Shown here: piece after piece, positions 25,701-32,000 of the stretch | How positions within the stretch are numbered: the stretch's first letter is position 1 | Layout: each line of letters starts with the position of its first letter | Assembly: GCF_000007225.1 (NCBI RefSeq) | Contig: NC_003364.1 | Span: 630,001 to 662,000 of the forward strand | Source: Pyrobaculum aerophilum str. IM2 | GTDB taxonomy: Archaea > Thermoproteota > Thermoprotei > Thermoproteales > Thermoproteaceae | Length of the DNA: 32,000 bases | Direction: 5' to 3' | The notes under the pieces: generated by a model | Told to the model about the DNA's origin: nothing | Seen by the model: only the letters and a program-made list of their open reading frames with translations | Databases searched by the model: none | Translations under genes and position numbers: made by a program

Positions 25701-26408
25701 GGCGTCTGACACGCCTAGTAGTCTCAAAATGCGGTCGATGTTTTTACTAGTGGCCCTGAGAATGCTGTCCACATCGTCGGCCGCCACGAAGTCGAATTTA
25801 TACCGGCTAAGCAACTCGAAGCGCTTAGGCAGAAAGGCCGATGTCGTCACGAGCACGTCGAAGTCGCCTCTCTCTAAGGCCTCCAACGCCTCTTTCTTCT
25901 CGCGCTCCGTGAGAAGGGAATGGTAAGCCAATGCCTTGAGGGAAACGCCGCCCCTTTCGGCAAAGGTCAGTAGCTTTTTATAGGCTTGGTGCGCCAGAGC
26001 AGATGTGGGGAATATGAGCAACGCCCTCTTGCCCTGCTTCGCCGAGTAGAGAGTAGCGATGAGGATAAACGTAGTCTTCCCCGACCCGGTCGGCGCGACA
26101 ATGGCGAAGCTCTTCCCCCTCACAAACCGCCGCGCCCAGAGCCTCTGTGCTCCCCACATCTCAAATCCAACTATTCTTTTGAAAAACTCGGCGAACTCCT
26201 CATAGCCGCGGAGGTAAGCCTCTACCCACGCCAGGCCTTGCAACGCCTTCCTCTTCCGCAAGGCGGTTATTACTTGTTTAATAGAGCCAGCCTTAGCTCC
26301 ATCGGGGAGACACTCCCTACAGGGGAGCCCCGAGGCAAGTCTGTCAGAAGTAATGGGGCCACCGCAGTTAGGACATGAATGGAGGTACGCCACTAACGGC
26401 ACTTCCAC
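22722..26408 (-). CDS. rgy: Reverse gyrase
   Basis: 1228-aa ORF (GTG start) with an N-terminal zinc finger (CPNCGG...CRECL), a helicase-like domain (APTGSGKT, AADDVD), and a C-terminal topoisomerase IA domain with active-site ITYHRTDS. Confidence 0.95.
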   Translation of the reverse strand: MEVPLVAYLHSCPNCGGPITSDRLASGLPCRECLPDGAKAGSIKQVITALRKRKALQGLAWVEAYLRGYEEFAEFFKRIVGFEMWGAQRLWARRFVRGKSFAIVAPTGSGKTTFILIATLYSAKQGKRALLIFPTSALAHQAYKKLLTFAERGGVSLKALAYHSLLTEREKKEALEALERGDFDVLVTTSAFLPKRFELLSRYKFDFVAADDVDSILRATSKNIDRILRLLGVSDAVLNTALEVINLTKQLRKAEVAGDLKEVERLDQEMAKLRAKLREEVQRLKLGVFVASGALAKARRTVRLLLFREILGFDVGGRAEGLRNVVDLYVEASDNVIEQTLALVKRLGPGGIIYVQDRELGEAIVERAREAGLAVEHFFRPRRGVLESFERGELAALVGLASSRSALVRGIDLPHVIRYVIFVGVPKFKFRVRLEEFSIPAYLTFLYNVRSVLAGDARYKADRLIGQLKRLAPYALSVQEALKKASEGAELSSFDRHAVDVVKSAVEFVNSLLQNEEIRKAIETSSEVKLAYIDGEMYVLVPDVTTYIQGSGRTSRLYAGGLSKGLSVVIVDDPKVFHALKRELSLRFDEAEFKHLGEADLDKILADVDRDRKTIRDIMEGRLVPAARGVDLMRTILMVVESPTKARTIANFFGRPSLIISEGIPIYEVSTGDAVLMVTASLGHIYELPTSLNKIDQRQREVLAKWFGDFKHGNYDGENYAVIVKEYGFVPVYNKIWRCRGAVYVDDIDIPPGCKPLDVLEAIRNIAVEVDTVLLGTDPDSEGEKIAFDLYLGLRPYVQDIRRVEFHEVTRRAILNALANPRGVNFSLVKAQIVRRVEDRWIGFGLSKILQANFKNPNLSAGRVQTPVLGWIVNTYEESLKNRVYNVELQLNDVDIRLQVPRDVLDVLRKKKRVAIKLVARERRQVNPPPPYTTDELLRDAVNKLGLSADYAMRLAQDLFESGLITYHRTDSTRVSTAGIAIAREYIVRKFGEGVFKPRSWGEAEEGAHEAIRPTRPIDVEELRGLVNAGVIQLAIQLTKSHYQLYDIIFRRFMASQMEPSVVEVAKYNVEIDGHVIQLERTVGVAYMGFQTLYQLTPVEPELPTGTLDVVIKRYRVVRRVLSQADVLALMRQRGIGRPSTYAHILQVLAKRYYVYVTGRTKLMIPTKRGREIFRFLKEAFGKLVSEDRTRLIEQYMDAIEVGKARYEEVIAELYDEFRKEVLPHLAS

Positions 26409-26845
26409 GGGGTTTGGAGGCGTGGAGTATTAAAAAGTTTGGTTTACTGCGTTGTAACAGGCTTAACGTAGCCGGGCCGCTGTGTTTACACGCCTCCACA
26501 AGGCGCTCCGGAGGCGTTAACGGACCGCTGATATTCCGCCGCTTAGAGGAACGGCGTTTTCAAGGCACGCCAGCAAACCTTAAAGGGGACTGTTAAGGGA
26601 GTTTCTATTTAACGTTTGTATACGTGAATACCCAAGAGGTACAAAGGCAACGTTACGATGAACTACTTGCCAAGGCCGCCCAGCTGAGGGGGGTTTAGCC
26701 ACTGGGTTTATAAGAGAGGATCGCATGCGGGCAGGTGGCTGCCGGCGTTTCAGTTAGCATAAAGCGAATACGTCTGGGGAAATGTGCCACGGTGAGCGTC
26801 TTCCTTATGGGGCTAACATTTAAATACGTGAGATAAGGGGGTCAA

Positions 26846-27235
26846 ATGGAGAGAATAATACAGTGGATAGACGCCTTTAACCAAATCGCTAGGAGTGAGA
26901 ACAACTTCCACAGCTTCTACATAGAGAAGGGAGAGGACTTCATAGACGCCACGCTTACCCTAGAGGAGGTGGCCCGCGTGGAGGAGTGCAGGGGAGGGTC
27001 CTACGCGGCGGCGACTGTCACGTTGAGGGGAGGCAAGGCTGTTTTAGAGATGGCGTCTGGAAGATATAAAAAGTGTCCCACCCAGTCGGGATACAACGCG
27101 GAGTACACAGATACCACAGTGGAGAGAATAGAGCTGGGGGACGACCCGGAGATTCTTAACTTTATAAAGTCTATAAAAAACGAGGGGGACTTCGTGGCGC
27201 TCTTAGAGGCGGTATTACAAGCGGCCGCCCGGTAG
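26846..27235 (+). CDS. Hypothetical protein
   Basis: 129-aa ORF with compositionally normal coding sequence. The TATA-like ATTTAAATA at 26817-26826 lies ~20 nt upstream. No recognisable motifs. Its 3' end overlaps the convergent macro-domain gene by 21 nt. Confidence 0.55.
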   Translation: MERIIQWIDAFNQIARSENNFHSFYIEKGEDFIDATLTLEEVARVEECRGGSYAAATVTLRGGKAVLEMASGRYKKCPTQSGYNAEYTDTTVERIELGDDPEILNFIKSIKNEGDFVALLEAVLQAAAR

Positions 27236-27763
27236 GTGCTTTTTAAAAACTTCCAGGAATTTTTGATAGGCTTCCTCTCCGTACAACACGACGAGAATCC
27301 GACGTATGCTACGGAGGGCGGGGGCGACCTCCCTTATCGCCGTGGCCATCTGCTCCGCGGCAGCGTCGTAGGGACAGCCGAAGATCCCGGTGCTAATCGC
27401 CGGGAGGGCTATTGAGACAAGGCCTAGCTCCTCCGCCTTGAGCAAGGCGTTTTTAACGGCCTCGGCCAGCTTTTCAATCGGCTCGACTCCACAGCGGGGG
27501 CCGACGGCGTGTATTACATACTTGGCCTTGAGCCTGCCGGCTGATGTGACGGCGACGTCGCCCACGGGCACGGGGCCGTGTTTTCTCACCCACTCCCTGC
27601 TCTCCTCTTGAATTACTTGTCCTCCCTTTCTGACAATAGCCCCAGCCACCCCTCCGCCGTGCTCTAGATATGAATTAGCCGCGTTTACAATGGCGTCTGC
27701 CTCAACCTCGGTTATGTCCCCCCTCATCAAGACGACTTCGACTCCGCCTACACTAAACTCCAT
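27215..27763 (-). CDS. Macro-domain protein (ADP-ribose/O-acetyl-ADP-ribose binding or hydrolase)
   Basis: 182-aa ORF with NAANSYLEHGGGVAGAI and the distal ISTGIFGCP motif, both characteristic of macro domains. Confidence 0.85.
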   Translation of the reverse strand: MEFSVGGVEVVLMRGDITEVEADAIVNAANSYLEHGGGVAGAIVRKGGQVIQEESREWVRKHGPVPVGDVAVTSAGRLKAKYVIHAVGPRCGVEPIEKLAEAVKNALLKAEELGLVSIALPAISTGIFGCPYDAAAEQMATAIREVAPALRSIRRILVVLYGEEAYQKFLEVFKKHLPGGRL

Positions 27764-27893
27764 ACAGGTAAGAGCGCACAGGGTTTTTAACGATTTCAGC
27801 GCAAATCGTCCCGCTCATGGTCGCACAGGGGCTAGTTCATCACCGGCTTTTTGGTGGCATTATGTAAATATATGCTAAAAATATTGATTTTAT

Positions 27894-29552
27894 GTGCCTC
27901 TACATTTCGATGTTGCGTTGCTCCACGCGCCAAGCGTCTATGATTTTAGAAATTTGAGGCGTGTCCACTACGGGCCTATAAGCGATGTAATACCGTCGAG
28001 ACCCGTGTTCGACATGTATCCCGTGGGCTTTATCTACATTGTCTCTTACCTAGAGAAGAGGGGGGTGAAAACCGGCATTTTCAACGTAGCGGCGAGGATG
28101 CTCAACGAGCCCCGATTAGACGTCTCCAAGCTTCTCAAAGGCATAAAGGCCACCCTATACGCAGTGGATATCCACTGGCTCGTACACGCCCACGGCGCCG
28201 TGGAGGTGGCTAAGCTGGTGAAGGAGATACACGGCGCGCCTGTGGCAGTCGGCGGGTTCTCAGCCACATACTACTGGCGGGAGATACTGGAGAAATACCC
28301 CTTCATCGATTTTGTGGTTCTAGGCGACACAACGGAGCCAGTGATATACCAACTGCTTCACGCCGTGGAGAGGGGTGACCGGGGGAAGCTCTACGAAATC
28401 CCCAACCTGGCGTTTAGAGACGGGGATAAACTAGTCAACACGGGTATTAGGTATATCCCCCAGGAGTTGGACGACTTGAAGCCAGACTACACAGCAGTAG
28501 CCCGGGCAATGATCAGAAGCGGTATTAGGAACTCGCTACCCTGGAGTACCTTTTTCAAACACCCAATAGCCGCCGTTATCTCGTACAAGGGGTGCCCACT
28601 CAACTGCCTAGCCTGCGGGGGAAGCAACTACACTTACAGCGCAGTTTTCGGCAGAAGAGGACTGGGCCGGAAGAGCCCTGAAACCCTAGTGGAGGAGTTT
28701 AGGGAGATAACTGAGCGGCTTAAAATCCCCGTGTTCTTTGTCGGCGATCTGCAGTACCTCGGGAGGAGATACTTGGAGGAGTTTGCAGAATTGCTGAGGC
28801 GGAAGAAACCCAGCGTAGAGCTCATATTCGAGTTCTTCACACCGCCGCCGCGGGAGGTGCTCAGCCTATATAGAAGGGCAGGGGACATGGTGTACCTCCA
28901 GATATCCCCCGAGTCCCACGACGAGGATATTAGAAAACACTACGGGAGGCCCTACGACAACTCCAGCCTCTTGGAATTTATAAAAAATGCCGCAGAGCTC
29001 CGTTTTGAGCGGGTTGATCTCTACTTCATGGTGGGCCTGCCCATGCAAACCCCCGAAAATGTGAAGGGGCTTGGCGACTTCTTCCTAGAGCTGGCGAAGC
29101 GCGGCGGCGGAGCCCTCAACGCCTTTGTAGCTCCCCTCGCCCCCTTTGTAGATCCCGGGAGTCCTGCCTTCCACAACCCCTCGAAATACGGCTACGTTAT
29201 ACTAGCCAGGAGCTTTGAGGAGCACAGAAGGCTCCTTCTCGCCGAGAGGTGGTACATGATGCTGAACTACGAGACGACAACCATGACGAGGAGCCAAATT
29301 GCCGAGGCGACATACAACGCGGTGGAGAGCTTGGCCAGGGCTAAATACATTGCGGGGATTATAGACGACGAATACCTCGGCGCCGTCTTAGAAACTGTCA
29401 AAAACGCGAGAAGCGGCGCGCCGCCCGTGGGACTAAACTCTAAAGAAACAGTTAGAGAAGAGGAGTTGTATCCAAAAAAGTTCTGGATCTCGTACCTAAC
29501 CCCCCGCTCTGTCGCCGAGATAATAAGGTATTCGCTAGGGAGGCTCGCATAG
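27894..29552 (+). CDS. B12-binding-domain radical SAM protein
   Basis: 552-aa ORF (GTG start) with an N-terminal Rossmann-like region (DFVVLGDTTEP), then CPLNCLAC (Cx3Cx2C) after ~230 aa, as in class B radical SAM enzymes. Confidence 0.75.
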   Translation: MPLHFDVALLHAPSVYDFRNLRRVHYGPISDVIPSRPVFDMYPVGFIYIVSYLEKRGVKTGIFNVAARMLNEPRLDVSKLLKGIKATLYAVDIHWLVHAHGAVEVAKLVKEIHGAPVAVGGFSATYYWREILEKYPFIDFVVLGDTTEPVIYQLLHAVERGDRGKLYEIPNLAFRDGDKLVNTGIRYIPQELDDLKPDYTAVARAMIRSGIRNSLPWSTFFKHPIAAVISYKGCPLNCLACGGSNYTYSAVFGRRGLGRKSPETLVEEFREITERLKIPVFFVGDLQYLGRRYLEEFAELLRRKKPSVELIFEFFTPPPREVLSLYRRAGDMVYLQISPESHDEDIRKHYGRPYDNSSLLEFIKNAAELRFERVDLYFMVGLPMQTPENVKGLGDFFLELAKRGGGALNAFVAPLAPFVDPGSPAFHNPSKYGYVILARSFEEHRRLLLAERWYMMLNYETTTMTRSQIAEATYNAVESLARAKYIAGIIDDEYLGAVLETVKNARSGAPPVGLNSKETVREEELYPKKFWISYLTPRSVAEIIRYSLGRLA

Positions 29553-29633
29553 CGTGTTCTTTACTTTCAGCGTACTCTCTCCCCTATACTTAATAATAGC
29601 AGTGCTAATATATATTATTGAAAATAACATCAT

Positions 29634-31295
29634 GTGTTCGTAATTGGGGCCAGGCCGCCTATAAGGGCGGAGCGCGTCGATTTAATCCCACTGGTCAGGA
29701 GGGGCCTTACCTATGTTGAGTCCAGCGACGCCGTGTGGCGAGTGTGCGAGCCGGCCGAGCGCTGGGAGCAACTCAGAGCTAAGCTTGTGGCCAAGGGGTA
29801 TAGAGTATCTCAGTCTTATATTCCGCCGTCTGTGCGGCGGTACCTCCACGGGGAGAGAAAAGTGGAGCTGGGCGGAGGAGTGGCGGCTGTGTATGTAAAA
29901 GACGGCGTGTTTAAGTGGCGCCTGGGGGATGAATACGGCGTCGGCTGTCCGCCGGCTAAATACGTGGCGTACTGGGGGCAGAGGCCTAATTGTAATGGCG
30001 TAGTTATAGACTTGAAGAAGATTTATAAAAGGGGGTTCTGGTCGGCGGTCGCTGAGAGGTTCGGCGACCAGTGGCTCCTCAAGGCGCTGAGGGGGGAGCC
30101 AGACGACGTGTTAAACGCCCTCTACCTCCTCGCCGTGGAGGCCGCGCGCTTCCTTGAAGCTCTGGCCCTGGCGACCGGCGTGGGGGTGGACGCGGTGCTG
30201 GACGTGTTTGAGAACAACTCAGTGGCGGCGCTGGCCGAGGCCGTGTTTCACCGCGAGGCTGAGAGGAGGGGCTATGTAATTGAGGACTCTAGGCGCCACT
30301 TCGACATGCCTTATTTCGACATGGCGAGGGGCAGGGCGCCTGGGGTGTACAAACGCGTGGCCGAGCTGGACTTCAAATCGCTGTTCCCATCGCTAGTCGT
30401 GAAACACGGGGTGGACCCCACGACTGCAAGGCCCTGTTCCAACGGGCTTAGGGCAGGGGGCCTCGGCAGGTATTGTTTCGACGGGGGCCCTGTTGCCGAC
30501 GTTATCCACAAGTGGCTAGACCAGAGGCTTAGCACGGGGGATAAGGCCGTTTCAGACGCACTTAAGTGGCTTATGAACGCGGGGATAGGAGCGTGGGGGA
30601 AGGCCGGCTGGGGGATGATATGCGAGCCGTGTTTACTGGCTGTGAGAACTGAGGCGGCCCGTCTGTTCGACGAGGCGTGGAGGCTGTTCTCTCCTATATA
30701 CGGCGATACTGATTCTATATACGTTGAGGAGGACAAGGCAGGCGGCGTGTTGAGCTGGGGGGCCTCCCTCGGGGGGCTTAGGCTGGAGCTGAGGGGGGTT
30801 TGGGACGTTTTTATACTGGCGCCTGCCAGGCGCGGGGGCGTCGCCGAGAAGAACTACGTCAAGGCGGGTGGCGGCGGGCTTGAGGTGAAGGGAGGCCTTC
30901 TGAGACCTCACGACGTGCCTCTGGCAGTGCGGCTTAGATACGGCGACGTGATCCGTGTGGTGGCTGAGGGCGGGGATCCCGTCGAGGCGGCGGTGGGGAT
31001 TTTGCAAAACGCGCCGCCGGAGCAATTGTTCATTTACAGAGCTGTGTGGAGGGAGAGGCTGGCGGAGATAAACAAGCCGTCTCTGTTCCACACAGCGGCG
31101 CGTTACGTCGCGGAGAGGTGTAGTTGCGATCCCGTTGACGTTTTCTACCTGCCGGGCGACGGCGTTGTTTACACGCCCTGGGTTGCCGTGGACAAAAGGC
31201 TTAGGGCCAGGCCCGCCGACGTCGAGGAAGTGAGACGCGCCGCGGCGGAGTACGTAAGGAGGCTTTGGAAGTTACGCGCCTTAAGGCTTATATGA
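29634..31295 (+). CDS. Family B DNA polymerase, short PolB2 (Dpo2)-like form
   Basis: 553-aa ORF (GTG start) with motif A ELDFKSLFPS, motif B-like KWLMNAGIGAWG, motif C YGDTDSIYV and a KNY (KxY-like) motif. The N-terminal ~240 aa show no Exo I-III motifs by eye. Confidence 0.8.
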   Translation: MFVIGARPPIRAERVDLIPLVRRGLTYVESSDAVWRVCEPAERWEQLRAKLVAKGYRVSQSYIPPSVRRYLHGERKVELGGGVAAVYVKDGVFKWRLGDEYGVGCPPAKYVAYWGQRPNCNGVVIDLKKIYKRGFWSAVAERFGDQWLLKALRGEPDDVLNALYLLAVEAARFLEALALATGVGVDAVLDVFENNSVAALAEAVFHREAERRGYVIEDSRRHFDMPYFDMARGRAPGVYKRVAELDFKSLFPSLVVKHGVDPTTARPCSNGLRAGGLGRYCFDGGPVADVIHKWLDQRLSTGDKAVSDALKWLMNAGIGAWGKAGWGMICEPCLLAVRTEAARLFDEAWRLFSPIYGDTDSIYVEEDKAGGVLSWGASLGGLRLELRGVWDVFILAPARRGGVAEKNYVKAGGGGLEVKGGLLRPHDVPLAVRLRYGDVIRVVAEGGDPVEAAVGILQNAPPEQLFIYRAVWRERLAEINKPSLFHTAARYVAERCSCDPVDVFYLPGDGVVYTPWVAVDKRLRARPADVEEVRRAAAEYVRRLWKLRALRLI

Positions 31296-31771
31296 CTTCC
31301 CACGGTTTTGTAAACGCCGGGGATTTACTAAAAGTGGCAGAAATGGCGAGAGGGCACGGCGGCTGGGTTAGCTTTGAGCTCCTTTACAAAAAATGGGGGG
31401 ATTACGCCTTTGCGATTTTAGAGGCGGCGCAGTTGCTAGGGGTTTTAAAATGGGCGAGGGAAGACGGCGCTGGCAAGACCCGCGTGGCGTACGCCCTGGG
31501 CAAGAGGGGGGCTGTTTTACTAAACCTCTTGGTAGATCCCTGCCCAATTGACGCATATATCCACAGGGGCGTGTTGAGGCTAGACACGCCTCTAGGCCCC
31601 CTCTCCGTCGCGCCGGAGCCCGGTTACATGCTCTCCGTTGCGTACAAACTGGCCGAGATCTGCGGCGGAGATCCCCGCTCCTTATATCTCAAGCTAAAGC
31701 TGGCTGTTTACAAGGCAGTTAAGAGGGCTAACGGCCTCGAGAAGTGGCTAGTGCCCCAGCTCCGACGCTAG
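31292..31771 (+). CDS. Hypothetical protein, translationally coupled to the PolB2-like gene
   Basis: The track ORF starts at TTG 31265. ATG 31292 forms an ATGA overlap with the polymerase stop codon (31293-31295), giving a 159-aa product. No recognisable motifs. Confidence 0.55.
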   Translation: MTSHGFVNAGDLLKVAEMARGHGGWVSFELLYKKWGDYAFAILEAAQLLGVLKWAREDGAGKTRVAYALGKRGAVLLNLLVDPCPIDAYIHRGVLRLDTPLGPLSVAPEPGYMLSVAYKLAEICGGDPRSLYLKLKLAVYKAVKRANGLEKWLVPQLRR

Positions 31772-31922
31772 TTTCAACACGGCGTCGGCAAGCCTCTTCA
31801 TGTCGCTTTCCACAAACTCTAACGCGGGATATCTGCTGAACTCCACTTCTGTCAAGGCCATTGTACTGAAATTCGTTTATAGCCACGTTGGTCAAGTCGG
31901 CGAGTTTAACTCTTGCAACGTC

Positions 31923-32000
31923 TTATAACGCCTTGGCTACTGCCAGCATATAGCCTGTGGGCGTGAAGGCAATTATAAAAATCGGCTGGGCCAACCCTCT
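31923..32000 (-). CDS. 3' end of an unidentified gene running off the window
   Basis: The minus-strand frame is open from the window edge for 25 codons (...RGLAQPIFIIAFTPTGYMLAVAKAL) up to the stop at 31923-31925. It is too short to identify. Confidence 0.3.
   Translation of the reverse strand, partial: RGLAQPIFIIAFTPTGYMLAVAKAL

Noticed and set aside
26440-26600. ACAGGCTTAAC (26457-26467), reminiscent of the RNase P RNA CR-V ACAGAA..GGCUUA element, considered as a minimal RNase P RNA
   Set aside because: I could not find the partner CR-I (GAAAGTCC-like) element on either strand or a convincing P4 pairing. A single short resemblance is not enough. The region is kept only as an unexplained intergenic finding.
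31748-31861. 37-codon minus-strand ORF (MALTEVEFSRYPALEFVESDMKRLADAVLKLASELGH) with a TATA-like element ~20 nt upstream
   Set aside because: It is too short and has no motifs, and it overlaps the 3' end of the 31292-31771 gene. It cannot be supported without expression or conservation data.
1-32000. Scan for CRISPR arrays, tRNA and rRNA genes
   Set aside because: I found no regularly spaced direct repeats, no cloverleaf-compatible tRNA-like sequences, and no rRNA-like conserved blocks on reading either strand.

Overview
This is a gene-dense, GC-rich archaeal chromosomal segment. Reverse gyrase, an archaeal-type LeuRS, a short PolB2-like polymerase and TATA boxes about 20-25 nt upstream of start codons (leaderless style) suggest a hyperthermophilic crenarchaeon, probably Thermoproteales (Pyrobaculum/Thermoproteus-like); this assignment is inference. 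The right half (16.3-31.8 kb) holds mostly recognisable genes: a rhomboid protease, a small A/T-richer islet (wHTH-like protein, PIN-domain protein, wHTH regulator), an NfeD-like protein, a SAM methyltransferase, leuS, rgy, a macro-domain protein, a B12-type radical SAM enzyme, and a PolB2-like polymerase with a translationally coupled small ORF. The left half (0.9-16.2 kb) holds the most interesting content. It has four same-strand, highly diverged paralogous two-gene modules. Each module is a 706-773 aa extracellular-looking protein with a signal-like N-terminus and many N-x-S/T sequons, followed by a 164-186 aa polytopic membrane protein that always lies in the +1 frame. Each module is preceded by a nearly identical ~31-nt promoter/leaderless-start box. 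The array also contains a decayed fifth copy of the membrane partner. A chimeric scar built from 5' fragments of the neighbouring metallophosphoesterase and rhomboid genes records duplication/inversion-driven expansion of the array. I cannot place these modules in any characterised family from sequence alone. No rRNA, tRNA or CRISPR array was seen.
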